This document shows, piece by piece, positions 18,741 through 28,991 of a stretch of 64,000 nucleotides of DNA. The stretch covers positions 1 to 64,000 of the forward strand of contig JANOQV010000137.1 of the NCBI GenBank assembly GCA_031414955.1. The letters run 5' to 3'. The DNA is from Pedosphaera sp. (GTDB lineage Bacteria > Verrucomicrobiota > Verrucomicrobiia > Limisphaerales > SIBH01). Position numbers and translations under genes: made by a program. The notes beneath the pieces were generated by a model. It ran no database searches and was not told the DNA's origin. It saw nothing but the letters and a program-made list of their open reading frames with translations. Each line of letters opens with the position of its first letter. Position 1 is the stretch's first letter.

Positions 18741-20029
18741 GCCGCCTGCTTTAATTCCGCCACGCCGCCGGTGAGATACGGGATGGTCAGAGGCCCTTGT
18801 GGCAGCACCGCCACGCGCGCCGAAGGACCGGCCTCGCGCAACGCGCCGGCTACTTCCGCCGCGATGTCGTGGCACGGCTGCAAGTGCGCGGCGCGGATCA
18901 CGTCGTCGGGAATCTGGCTATGCACGAGCACGCGGGCCTTGCGCTGGATGATGGCCTGGATTTGCGCCTGCCATTGTTCAGCCCGCACAAAGCCCGGTTG
19001 CGCCAGCAAGCCGAGCAATTCCTCCGAGCTGTTCACGGTGCGGAGCAGTTTGTCGAGCGGGCTATGGGCGGGAACACCCTCCCGGCATTCGGCGGCGAGA
19101 ATCAGCGTGCCCCCAGGCTTGATGATGCGTGCGCCCGCGCTCATGCCCTTCACGCCCTGATACAAATTCATGTCGAGCGGATAGCCGCTGTTCGTGGTCA
19201 CGACGACATCAAACGCTCCGTCCACGGATTGCATGGCGGACTTGCGCACGAACTCAGTGCCGGTCCGGTGTGCTTCGAGAATGTCGCCCGCGAACACGCC
19301 GGTGATGGCGCGCTCCTCGTTGAGCGTGACGTTGAGCAGGAAGCTGGGGCCGGCCTTGAGCGCGATGCCGCGCAATTCCTCCCAGAGCGGGTTGCCCTGA
19401 TTGATACCGAAGGTGGCATTCGGATCGCCGATGTTGCGGAAACCGTGATTGCTCATCACCGAGCGCAGCCCCGCCACGCCGGGCATGATGCCCTTGATGC
19501 CGCCGCTGAAGCCCGCGAAGAAATGCGGCTCGATGAAACCGGTGACGATGCGCAGATCCGCCGCGAGCGCGTGCTTGTTCAGCAGGGCAGGGGTGCCGTC
19601 GTGCATCACGCCCACTTGCTGGAGCGCGTCGTCGTTCTCGGGTTCGTGATTGAGCACGCGATAATTCGCCACCACTTCCGGCGTGAGCATCTGCTCCAGT
19701 TCGGCCTTGGTGTTGGGCCGATGCGTGCCGAGTTGGTTGAGCAGCGTAATGTTCTCGCGCGGGATGTGGGAGAGATGTTCGAGCAGCCAGGGAATGATGC
19801 GGTCATTCGGCGTGGCGCGGGTGATGTCGGTGAACAGGATGCAGATTTTGGTCGTCGGCCCGACCAGTTCGCGGAGCGGTTTCGCGCCGATGGGAGATTG
19901 CAGCGCCTGGAGCACGGCGGCTTTTTCATCCGGCAGGCCTGGCTTGTGGCTGGGCGCGATGACCGTGGTGCGGCCCTCCGGAAACTCCACCGGCAACCAG
20001 CCTTGACCGTAGGCGAGATTCACTTTCAT
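18737..20029 (-). CDS. larA: Nickel-pincer-dependent lactate racemase family protein (LarA/DUF2088)
   Basis: DITRATP, LGTHR, IEPHFFAGFSGG.K..MPG, GYPLD.NLYQ.VKG, C.EG, QWQ motifs. Confidence 0.85.
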   Translation of the reverse strand: MKVNLAYGQGWLPVEFPEGRTTVIAPSHKPGLPDEKAAVLQALQSPIGAKPLRELVGPTTKICILFTDITRATPNDRIIPWLLEHLSHIPRENITLLNQLGTHRPNTKAELEQMLTPEVVANYRVLNHEPENDDALQQVGVMHDGTPALLNKHALAADLRIVTGFIEPHFFAGFSGGIKGIMPGVAGLRSVMSNHGFRNIGDPNATFGINQGNPLWEELRGIALKAGPSFLLNVTLNEERAITGVFAGDILEAHRTGTEFVRKSAMQSVDGAFDVVVTTNSGYPLDMNLYQGVKGMSAGARIIKPGGTLILAAECREGVPAHSPLDKLLRTVNSSEELLGLLAQPGFVRAEQWQAQIQAIIQRKARVLVHSQIPDDVIRAAHLQPCHDIAAEVAGALREAGPSARVAVLPQGPLTIPYLTGGVAELKQAA

Positions 20030-20116
20030 GTGCTGGCCAAGTTATCGGCGGCGATGAAGTGCGCCAACGCAAAATTGCCCGCGTGTTGATTCAGAAAGCA
20101 ACTCAGCACCCTGTCC

Positions 20117-20389
20117 CTTCGACCTGGAACGCGCCTGTTCCGACTTCGGATTCGCATAATGAGACAGCGGGGGGACACATTGAGACACCGGATGCGCGCA
20201 TCCGGGCTTGGGATGTGCATATCCACCTTCGGTGCGCGCACATTCGATGAGCGATTATCGACATTCGCCTTCCGGGTGCGCACATCCGAAGCTCGGATTT
20301 GCATAACCGGAAGGCGAACGCGCGCACCCGGAAGGCAAATCTGTCCCCCTCAGCTCATCTTCTGGACACCCTTGTTTACGATGCGGACA
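20117..20389. repeat. Degenerate 21-bp tandem array (~13 units)
   Basis: Units in phase from 20138 include ttccgacttcggattcgcata, ttgagacaccggatgcgcgca, tccgggcttgggatgtgcata, ttcgccttccgggtgcgcaca, tccgaagctcggatttgcata. Approximate consensus TYC-N6-CGGATGYGCAYA. Confidence 0.75.
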
Positions 20390-20604
20390 AATGCCTTGAA
20401 AAGAGACGCAAGGGCCGATGAATCACTGCTAAATCACTCTCAGGCGCGTCCGATTATTAGGGGGGGGTGATACCGGCAAATATCTTACAAATATCTCTTG
20501 TGCCAACGCGCACGCCTGGCTACAAAGCCTACCGCATGAAAGCCCCGACGATTCAGTCGCGCAGCGCCTTTCCACGGAACCTTCCGCAACACCTTCCTGT
20601 CACC

Positions 20605-23600
20605 ATGAGCACAAATCCCATTCCTTGTAGTTCGTGGCTGCCTGATAAGTCCCCAATGGCGGCTCTTGCAACCACTCTGATTTTTGCGCTGGCCTCCCTG
20701 ATCAGCAGCGCCGCCGATACCCGGCTTTCTGCTCCGGCGAAAACCGCCTGGCGGCCCGCCGCCCGCACCGCACACCAAACGCAATGGCAATCCGCCACCC
20801 TCCGCACCAACACCGCCACCGGCAAAATCCATTCTTACACCAACGCCTTCATTGAACTGGGCGGAGGCCTGAACATCACCAACTCCAGCGGACAATTCGT
20901 GCCGGCCAATCCTTCGTTTGTCCTGACCAATGGGGGTGCGGAAGCCAATCACACTGGGCACCGACTGGCGGTGCCCGGCGACCTCTGGCTCGGAGATGGC
21001 ATTAAAGTCACGAAGCCGGACGGCGCACAGGTCGTTTTCCAGCCATTGGGCATAGACTACTACGACCCGACGGACGGCCGCAGCGTTCTGCTGGATGCCG
21101 TGACCAACGCGGTGGGCTGGCTCACCGCTTCCAATGAAATCGTCTTCAGCAACTGCCTGACCCGGATCAAGGCCTCGATTCGCATCCGCAACATGTCGTG
21201 GGGCCTCGAGTCCGATCTCATACTGCATGAAGCGCCGCCGGACCCAATCTCGGTCGGGCTGACCAGCGCCGCCCGTTTGGAGATGCTGACCGAACAGTTC
21301 AACGGCAGTTCACCAGTGGAGCGATACAAGTTCATTCATCGCGAACACAATCCGGTCAAGATTGCCCAGATGGTCGAGCCTCATTTCATCGACGCTGAAT
21401 TGAGCTTCGGTTCCATGAAAATGGTCCAGGGCAAGGCCTTCGGCATTGGCAAACGGACCAATGGCCTCGCTCACCTTCCCAGTCCCGTGGGCAAGAGCTT
21501 CCTCAACATTCAGCAGCGGCGTGTCCTGGTTGAGGCCGTGGAGCACCAGCGCGTCCTGCCACTCCTGAACCAATTGCCCCCGGCCGGCACTTCTTCCGGA
21601 ATTACCAATGCCGCCCTGAATAAATTCTCCACAAATGAAATGCTGGTGACGAAAACGCGGCGTCTTCCTGCTTTGGTCAATGTTTCCTCGGAACAGTCCA
21701 GGGCCGGTCGCCGGGCTTCGATTCGCGCCGTTTCACCCGATCCATTGACTGCGAATGGTCCATTGGTTGCCAACACGAAGAAAACCGAGCCTGCCGGTTT
21801 AATTTTGGACTATCAGCTTGTCACCGTCACCGACGAAACGGATTTCACCTTTCGCGGCGGGACCAATTACCTGGTCAGCACCACCATTCAAATGGCGGGC
21901 ATCACAACGATTGAAGGCGGAGCAATAATAAAAATGAATGACGGCACCGGCCTCTATATCGCCGAAGGTGGCACTCTCATTTGCGACACCACAAATTGGC
22001 TCCCCGCTATATTTTGTTCCATCGATGACAATACCGTCGGCGAAGTCATGCCCGGCAGCACCGGTGACCCGTGGCAATTGGGCAGCGCCGCGTTGAATTT
22101 TTATGGCGGCAGCTATGAACTGCGCAACCTCCGCTTCCGGCACATCGGGAACCCCATCCAGTGCGACAACGGAACCAGCATCACCGCCCGCAACATGCAG
22201 TTCGTGAATGCCTACGCGTGCTTTTGGTCTTATGGCGGAACCTTCAGCCTCAATGTCTTCAATGCGCTGGCCAAGGACTGCGATTATTTCTACGCGGGTG
22301 ACGTGACCCTATTCCGGGGCGAACATTTGACGACTCACAATGATTTGAACACTCACAATGCCATGGTGGTGCTGGGCTACGCTTACACCCCTGAGTCGTC
22401 CACCGCTGTGGTCCGCAACAGTTTGCTCGTGGCTGCCGACTATCCGCCCAACTACGCGGGTTATCCCCCAACCCTCGAGCAGGTGGAGCAACCGGCCAGT
22501 GACACTGGCGTATTTGAAACGATAGAAGGCGGGGCGCACTATTTGCCTACGACGACCTCGCACCGTGGGATCGGCGTCACGAACATTGACGCGGCTCTTA
22601 AGAGAGAGTTGGCGGAGATGACCACCTATAAGCCAAACCTCCTGACTGGTACTTTGACCACTGATCAGACACTGGCTCCGGTCATTGCGAGGGACGTGGC
22701 TACGCTCGGATACCATTATCCCGCCGTCGATTACGTGGCCAAAAACCTGACGCTGCAAAACAGCACCTTGACGCTCCAAGGAGGCGTGGTGCTGGCGGGA
22801 ACGCATACGACGGGCAATCCCTCGACTTCCATCCATCTCAACCCGGGCCGACTCCTCAGCACGGGCACGCCCACCAGGATGAACCGCATCCTGCGGCTCA
22901 ATCAAATCCAGGAAAACGTCACGGCCCGCGGCTCCGCGCTCATTGGGGACGGATACCACGATGGCGAGTTCTATCCCGAATTGCGGCTGCGCTTCACCGA
23001 AATGTCCAGCCTCGCCGGCGAGCCTTACCTTGCCTATGTCTGGAACGACCTCCGTAAATTGGAAGCCTGCCACAGCAGCTTCTACAACGGATCATTCTTC
23101 ACCAGCCTCTATGGCGGCGTTTATCAGACGGTGGGACTCACCAACAACCTGTTCCGCTACGTGGGGGTGGTATTGCAAGCCTCCTCGCCCGCCTATCTCT
23201 TCGCTTACAACAACACATTCAAGGACGGCACGATCACTTCCACCGGCGGCAACGAGGACTGGCGGCTGGAATACAACATCTTTGACCGCCCGACCATTTA
23301 TACGGATGGTTCCTATGCTGGCGAGCACAACGGCTACGTCGGCCTCACTCAATCGTTTCAAGAGGACAGCTTCGCCGTGGTTCCCACACCCACTCTGGCC
23401 TACGCCAATGGCCCCTTGGGGCGATTCTATCTCGGCGACGATTTCCTCCGCAATCGCGGGATCGTCACGGCCAACCTGCGGAGCCTCTACCACTTCACCA
23501 CCCGTGCCGATCAGGCCAAGGAAGGCAATTCTGTCCTTGATTATGGCTTTCACTACGTGGCTGTGAGCAGCGGGGAATCCTCGGTGGCTGCCGCCGATTT

Positions 23601-26358
23601 CGATGGCGACGGACTGGCCGATTACTTTGAAGACACTACGGGCAACGGCCTCTTTGCTTCCGGTGATCTCAGTAATTTCCAGAACAGCGATTCGGACGGC
23701 GACGGCTTGGAGGATGGCTATGAGTATCTCTCCACCCTGACCGATCCGACCGTGGCGGTAACGGGCGGAACAGGCGGCAGCGACGCTTACAAGGATTCGG
23801 ACAACGATGATTTGTTCAATCAGGAGGAACTTCAGTCCGGCAAGAATCCGCGGGTGCCGGACGTAGCCACGCCGCGTTTCAGTCCTCTTGGCGGCACGTA
23901 TGCCTCTGCACAGAACGTGGCCATCACCTGCCCCACGACTGGCGCGGCTATTTACTACACCATTGATGGCAGCGAACCGACGACTTCCAGCACGCCCTAC
24001 TCGGCCCCATTCAGTCTGGCGATCAACAAAACACTGAAAGCCAAGGCGTTCAAAACAGGTTGGACCCCGAGCGATACGGAAACCGAAGGTTACCACGCTG
24101 CGGCAAACACAGTCCCCACCGTTTCCGTCCTCCCCGGCACCGGGCTGACCTTTGGCGCTTCGGACAGTATCGAATTCCTCGTCCAGGCTTCCGATCCGAA
24201 TACCGGCGGATCGGTAACCAATATCCAACTTTACCGTGGTGATCTCAAAGTGGCCGAGGCCACACCGGGTCCGTTGCGCTTCACCTTGCGCAATGTTCCG
24301 TCCGGCAGCTACGCCTTCACCGCGCGGGCCATTGATAACAAAGGGGCCGTTGGCGTCTCCTCTAGCGTCAGCGTAACCATCAGCGCAGGTGGCCCGTCGC
24401 TCTCGCTCGTCGGTGCCCAGCCCTTCTTTACTTCGTCCCCCGGCGCATTGCTCGCCACGATCACCGGCGTCAATCCCGGCACTCTGACCAGCCTGACCTT
24501 GAATGGCAATGCAGTGCCCAAGACGGCGGGCAGCTTCATGCTCTTCCCGGCGCTCACGGAAGGCGAGAACACCTTTACCCTCCTGGCCAATGGCACTGTC
24601 TCCGCCACCACCAAGGTCTATCTGGACACCGCCGTACCCTCGATTGCCATCACTGCTCCAGCAAATAACTCCACTTTTGGCACGGACCGCATCAACGTCA
24701 TCGGCACCTTCTCTGAATCCTCGCTCAAGCGCATCACGGTTAACGGCGTGCTGGCCTTCATCACCGGCCCCGGCAACTTTGAAGCCCGCAATGTCTTTCT
24801 ACCCCAAGGCGCGAACACCATCACCGCCCTTGCCGAGGACATTTCCGGGAACACCAACGCCTACACCATCAGCGTCACTGGCAGCGCCACGCCCGTCGAT
24901 CCGGTGCAATTGACGGTGACACCCGTGGCCGGGTTTAAGCCTTTGAGCACGACGTTCAGCGTGACTGTTTCAGGAAGCCTGCCCGGCACGCTCGAAAATG
25001 TTTACTATGACTTCGAAGGAGATGGGATAACCGACCAAACTGAGACCACGACCGCGTCCATCAATCACACCTATAACGACGCTGGCCAGTATTTTCCCGT
25101 CGTGACGGTTAAAACCACGGCGGGCCGTTTCTCCAGCGTGGGGGGATGGAACGTTGGCGGCTTGCGCATCAACGTGCAGGAGTCACCCGAGCAGGTTGGA
25201 GGTGACATTAGCATCGCCGATCCTGTTGACCTGAAAATTGGCCCCGCAGGACATCTCTTCATCCTGTCGCGGAGCGGCGAAGTGGTGAAGGAGTATGATT
25301 CAACTCCAACCTATGTTCGCTCCATCACGCTTCCTTCCGGCTCCGTTCCCACCGGCCTGGATGTGGACAGTGCCGGCAACGTGTACGTGGCTCTGAGCGG
25401 TCACCATCAAGTCGCCAAATGCAAACTCACCAGCGGCACCTTCGGCCTCGACACCGCCTTCCACACCACCGGCCTGATTGGTAAAGCCAATCAAACTTCG
25501 GGCACCGGCAATGGCGAGTTCAACACACCATACGATGTGGCGGTCACACCAGATGGCGCACAGATCTCTGTTTCGGATTCCGCCAATCACCGCATTCAAC
25601 AGTTCAAAACCTCGAACGGTGACTTCGTTGGACTATTTGGTGCGTCCGGCACCGGCAATGGGCAGTTCAACACGCCCAAGGGCCTTACCTATGACGGCGC
25701 GGGTTATCTATACGTCGTGGATTCTGGAAATAATCGCGTCGCGGTGTGGCTTTCTTCGTCCGCTATTGGCACCAGCGGCAGCTCGGGGACGGCGCTCGGC
25801 TACTTTCAGGGCGCAGTGAATCTGTGTGTCGGTCCTCGCGGCATCTACGTTGGAGACGCCGGGAACGACCGTTTCCAGATTTTCGAGCCGCTTCGCAGTG
25901 GACACGGCGCCGAGCCTACGCCTTTTGATTTCCGGCTCGCCCTCTCGACTCAATTTGGCGGGCTCGACCAACCTAATGCCATTGCGCCTATCGCCGATTT
26001 CCTGGCGGAAAAAATCTACATTGCCGACACGGGAAAGGATCGCGTGATCAAGGCCACCCTGCCGGAAGCAACCACACCCGACGCCATCTGGAACCAAATG
26101 AAGACGAGTCTATTGGCGGGCAACATCGCTCAGGCGCTCGGTCACTATTCCATTGATTCGGTGGAAGGTTACCGTCGCTCGTTTACTTCCGCGGGAGCCA
26201 CCGTCCTTTCGTCCATAATGGACAAAACGCTGACCGCCGTTGCTATCGACGGAGCCACCGCTCAGTACTATTTTGAAGATGTCATCGAGGGAACGACCTT
26301 CACGTTCCCCGTGGAATTCGTGAAAGAAAACGGCGTTTGGAAGATTCTGGAATTCTAA
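20605..26358 (+). CDS. Large secreted multidomain protein (N-terminal domain, beta-helix-like region, DxDxDG Ca-binding repeats, Fn3-associated/CHB_HEX_C, Ig, PKD, NHL propeller, C-terminal NTF2-like domain)
   Basis: Signal-like segment MAALATTLIFALASLISSAA; DFDGDGLAD, DSDGDGLED; VATPRFSP.GGTY...IYYTIDGSEP; YDFEGDG...HTY...G.Y; NHL repeats GNGEFNTPYDVAV, GNGQFNTPKGL; ends FPVEFVKENGVWKILEF. Start uncertain (20536/20605/20656). Confidence 0.8.
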   Translation: MSTNPIPCSSWLPDKSPMAALATTLIFALASLISSAADTRLSAPAKTAWRPAARTAHQTQWQSATLRTNTATGKIHSYTNAFIELGGGLNITNSSGQFVPANPSFVLTNGGAEANHTGHRLAVPGDLWLGDGIKVTKPDGAQVVFQPLGIDYYDPTDGRSVLLDAVTNAVGWLTASNEIVFSNCLTRIKASIRIRNMSWGLESDLILHEAPPDPISVGLTSAARLEMLTEQFNGSSPVERYKFIHREHNPVKIAQMVEPHFIDAELSFGSMKMVQGKAFGIGKRTNGLAHLPSPVGKSFLNIQQRRVLVEAVEHQRVLPLLNQLPPAGTSSGITNAALNKFSTNEMLVTKTRRLPALVNVSSEQSRAGRRASIRAVSPDPLTANGPLVANTKKTEPAGLILDYQLVTVTDETDFTFRGGTNYLVSTTIQMAGITTIEGGAIIKMNDGTGLYIAEGGTLICDTTNWLPAIFCSIDDNTVGEVMPGSTGDPWQLGSAALNFYGGSYELRNLRFRHIGNPIQCDNGTSITARNMQFVNAYACFWSYGGTFSLNVFNALAKDCDYFYAGDVTLFRGEHLTTHNDLNTHNAMVVLGYAYTPESSTAVVRNSLLVAADYPPNYAGYPPTLEQVEQPASDTGVFETIEGGAHYLPTTTSHRGIGVTNIDAALKRELAEMTTYKPNLLTGTLTTDQTLAPVIARDVATLGYHYPAVDYVAKNLTLQNSTLTLQGGVVLAGTHTTGNPSTSIHLNPGRLLSTGTPTRMNRILRLNQIQENVTARGSALIGDGYHDGEFYPELRLRFTEMSSLAGEPYLAYVWNDLRKLEACHSSFYNGSFFTSLYGGVYQTVGLTNNLFRYVGVVLQASSPAYLFAYNNTFKDGTITSTGGNEDWRLEYNIFDRPTIYTDGSYAGEHNGYVGLTQSFQEDSFAVVPTPTLAYANGPLGRFYLGDDFLRNRGIVTANLRSLYHFTTRADQAKEGNSVLDYGFHYVAVSSGESSVAAADFDGDGLADYFEDTTGNGLFASGDLSNFQNSDSDGDGLEDGYEYLSTLTDPTVAVTGGTGGSDAYKDSDNDDLFNQEELQSGKNPRVPDVATPRFSPLGGTYASAQNVAITCPTTGAAIYYTIDGSEPTTSSTPYSAPFSLAINKTLKAKAFKTGWTPSDTETEGYHAAANTVPTVSVLPGTGLTFGASDSIEFLVQASDPNTGGSVTNIQLYRGDLKVAEATPGPLRFTLRNVPSGSYAFTARAIDNKGAVGVSSSVSVTISAGGPSLSLVGAQPFFTSSPGALLATITGVNPGTLTSLTLNGNAVPKTAGSFMLFPALTEGENTFTLLANGTVSATTKVYLDTAVPSIAITAPANNSTFGTDRINVIGTFSESSLKRITVNGVLAFITGPGNFEARNVFLPQGANTITALAEDISGNTNAYTISVTGSATPVDPVQLTVTPVAGFKPLSTTFSVTVSGSLPGTLENVYYDFEGDGITDQTETTTASINHTYNDAGQYFPVVTVKTTAGRFSSVGGWNVGGLRINVQESPEQVGGDISIADPVDLKIGPAGHLFILSRSGEVVKEYDSTPTYVRSITLPSGSVPTGLDVDSAGNVYVALSGHHQVAKCKLTSGTFGLDTAFHTTGLIGKANQTSGTGNGEFNTPYDVAVTPDGAQISVSDSANHRIQQFKTSNGDFVGLFGASGTGNGQFNTPKGLTYDGAGYLYVVDSGNNRVAVWLSSSAIGTSGSSGTALGYFQGAVNLCVGPRGIYVGDAGNDRFQIFEPLRSGHGAEPTPFDFRLALSTQFGGLDQPNAIAPIADFLAEKIYIADTGKDRVIKATLPEATTPDAIWNQMKTSLLAGNIAQALGHYSIDSVEGYRRSFTSAGATVLSSIMDKTLTAVAIDGATAQYYFEDVIEGTTFTFPVEFVKENGVWKILEF

Positions 26359-26384
26359 AAAAACAAGAACCGAGCACTCGATTT

Positions 26385-26756
26385 ATGAATGCAATGCGTT
26401 TCACCTTTTGCGCGCTGATCACCGCTCTCATCTTTGTTGTCGGATGCACCAGCCCACCAACAGAGCAAAGTCCTTTGAATCCGGCCGATGGTTGGAAACT
26501 TCTTTTTAGCCAAGATCCCGACAAGCTCGACAAAGCAATCAGGGACGACTATCAGGCATACATTCAAAATCTTCCACAGGCAGAGAGACTATACGTGGGC
26601 GGCGTTAATCTTTTTGGAGATGGGAAAGGGCAACATGCAGTTTCAATCGGCGTCCACCATCCTCCGCAACAGCAATGGACGCATGTTCTTTTCTACAATA
26701 GAGAGAATCAACGGGTACGTGTCGTGAAGTACTTCAGCGCACGTTTTCAAAATTAA
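26385..26756 (+). CDS. Small lipoprotein, hypothetical (candidate immunity protein)
   Basis: MNAMRFTFCALITALIFVVG-C lipobox; lower GC than the flanking core genes; stop is 6 nt before the next ATG. Confidence 0.72.
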   Translation: MNAMRFTFCALITALIFVVGCTSPPTEQSPLNPADGWKLLFSQDPDKLDKAIRDDYQAYIQNLPQAERLYVGGVNLFGDGKGQHAVSIGVHHPPQQQWTHVLFYNRENQRVRVVKYFSARFQN

Positions 26757-26762
26757 GGCAAT

Positions 26763-28991
26763 ATGAGCGTCAACGTTAAACGTAGAGTGGCGGCTGGTAT
26801 TGGCTTATGGATGTTCACTGCCGGAGTGTTGGGTCACGTCGAGTCGGTTCACATGGCCATTACCGCAAATGCCGCAGCTTCAGCTTTATCCAGTTCGACG
26901 TCGTTCAATACGTTTTTGAATGCGATTTCGTTGGATTGCGACTTGAAAACGGCGACGAATACGATGATTTTCGGGAGCTTCCAAGAGGATTACACGCGAA
27001 AAGACCCGGGCGGCGTAAGGGTTCTCAACCACTTTTACGATCCGTTGACGGGACGTGGCATTGACAATCCACTTGCTAATGATCCAGCGGATACTCTTGG
27101 CAAAGATTCATTCAGCTGGGCCTCAATACACAATGGTTTGGGAATACCTCGGGCTGGTCCGGAATGCCTGAGCAATGAAAACCCGCTTAACGGGTGGTCG
27201 TGGCAAAATGCGCGCGTTGATCAGTGGGACGGCTTGACGAGGTCGAGCAGAGAAGATCGAAACGTGGCACTGACCTACATGTTCCGTGCGCTCGGCCAAG
27301 TGATGCATCTCTTGGAAGACACGAGCCAACCGCAGCATGCCCGCAATGAACAACACATTCCAATTATTCCCTGCATACCAGACTCTTGGCATAGCATGGT
27401 ACGCAGCCCTTGGCGCAGCTCAATTGAAGATTATGGAAAGGCGAATCTGGCGAACCTCAATTACCAACACGGCATGCTGGACTGGAGAAATGCTGGATTC
27501 ACAAAGCTGGAAGATTTTTGGGACCGCCACTTGTACAACGGCAATGCCTCTGCCCTCGCCGCTCACGCCAACGGTGGATCAAAACTTGGTCTGGCGGAGC
27601 TAATCAATGGCAATTTTCTAGGCGAGCGCCATCTGTACGCTGAATTGATGACCGCGACCCGGTTCGAGTTTGGCTACCGCCAGTCTGTCGTCACGGAAAG
27701 AAAAGAGTTTGGCTACTATCCCTACCCCTCGCGCGACACGAGCACGGATTACGAACAGCAAAAAAGGCTGCCAGTTGCGGAAACATTTACACTCAAGAAT
27801 GGGCAAGAAGGCGCCGGCCTTTACATCAAGAAAATCGCGGACGGCATCGCTGTGGGTCACCATAGCCGCATGAATTATCTCGGTGCCAAGCTGAAGGAAG
27901 CGAAACACTTTGAGCCTCGTCCCTTTTGCACGGTCAACGACGAGAAGGTGCTGAATGATTACCACGCCATCGTGATCACGAACGCGATCTACTACAGCGC
28001 CGGCCTCCTCGACTACTTCTTCCGCGGCCGCTTGGAGACCACCGTGTCTCTTAACACCAGCGGCAGTGGCGGCACGCATCAGTTAATCATTACAAACATG
28101 TCTAGCCAAAATTTCCGAGGTGGCACGTTTCACCTTTTCTACGATGACATTTCGGGCAATCGAACCGAATTGGCCAGCGAGGGCAACGGCTTCTTGAATG
28201 ATTGGAACCCGACGACCAGCGACCTGCCTACTAACGCTGCCCTGGTGACCACATTTACCCCACCTTTTGGAGCTGCAAGATTCCTCATCTTGTACAAGGG
28301 CACCATTGGCACAGGCGGCACCTCTCAAGCATCAGACCCCATCGACCAAGGCATCGCCATCGCGGCAAAGTCATTTCTCCCGCTCCATGCCTATTGGCAA
28401 ATGGATGAAGCTTCGACAAGCACCCGAACTGACATTGTTCAAGGCTTGCAACTCCATGTTTTTCTTATCGGTAGCACTATGACATCCATCACCGGTAAAT
28501 TTACCAACGCCACACGACTTACTTCTTTCGGAAACATCGCGCGCCTTGCCAACATCGCCACTCCGGGTTTGAGATTTGGCGGTGGGATGACCATGTGCGG
28601 TTGGTTTCGGTATTCGCTGGCAAGTGAGAATAGCTCGTTTTCAATTAGCCTAACCGCATCAGGCGGTTACAGGCTAACCAAGGACGCACTGTTCACTTCA
28701 GCAACAACTACTCCATACCCGATGCTTTCCGAGAATGAGTGGCATTTTTATGTTTTGGAGCTGACACCATCGGCTGTGCTCCAGGTGGAATTCGATCATA
28801 GCGGAGCTGTGTATTCACTCAATTCGAGCTTGGGGTTGATCTGGTTTCCGCGATTTTCAATTACTGGTGGCAGCGGCGGAACCTTGGATATCGACGACAC
28901 GGGATTTTTCCCGTTTTTGTTATCCACAGAACAGAGGGATTTTCTCTGGAATTCTGGCGCTGGTCGATCTTATCCGTTCAGTTTGCCATAG
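26763..28991 (+). CDS. Secreted Zn-dependent phospholipase C / S1-P1 nuclease-like protein with C-terminal LamG/ConA-like domain
   Basis: Signal peptide then HVESVH; NHFYDP; ALGQVMHLLEDTSQPQH (H-x3-D-x3-P-x-H); YSAGLLDYFFRG; C-terminal AYWQMDE...GKF...CGWF...EWHFYV...IDD. Confidence 0.7.
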   Translation: MSVNVKRRVAAGIGLWMFTAGVLGHVESVHMAITANAAASALSSSTSFNTFLNAISLDCDLKTATNTMIFGSFQEDYTRKDPGGVRVLNHFYDPLTGRGIDNPLANDPADTLGKDSFSWASIHNGLGIPRAGPECLSNENPLNGWSWQNARVDQWDGLTRSSREDRNVALTYMFRALGQVMHLLEDTSQPQHARNEQHIPIIPCIPDSWHSMVRSPWRSSIEDYGKANLANLNYQHGMLDWRNAGFTKLEDFWDRHLYNGNASALAAHANGGSKLGLAELINGNFLGERHLYAELMTATRFEFGYRQSVVTERKEFGYYPYPSRDTSTDYEQQKRLPVAETFTLKNGQEGAGLYIKKIADGIAVGHHSRMNYLGAKLKEAKHFEPRPFCTVNDEKVLNDYHAIVITNAIYYSAGLLDYFFRGRLETTVSLNTSGSGGTHQLIITNMSSQNFRGGTFHLFYDDISGNRTELASEGNGFLNDWNPTTSDLPTNAALVTTFTPPFGAARFLILYKGTIGTGGTSQASDPIDQGIAIAAKSFLPLHAYWQMDEASTSTRTDIVQGLQLHVFLIGSTMTSITGKFTNATRLTSFGNIARLANIATPGLRFGGGMTMCGWFRYSLASENSSFSISLTASGGYRLTKDALFTSATTTPYPMLSENEWHFYVLELTPSAVLQVEFDHSGAVYSLNSSLGLIWFPRFSITGGSGGTLDIDDTGFFPFLLSTEQRDFLWNSGAGRSYPFSLP

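Noticed and set aside
20117..20389. Mini-CRISPR interpretation of the 21-bp array
   Set aside because: The total period of 21 bp is too short for repeat plus spacer, and the conserved part is degenerate.
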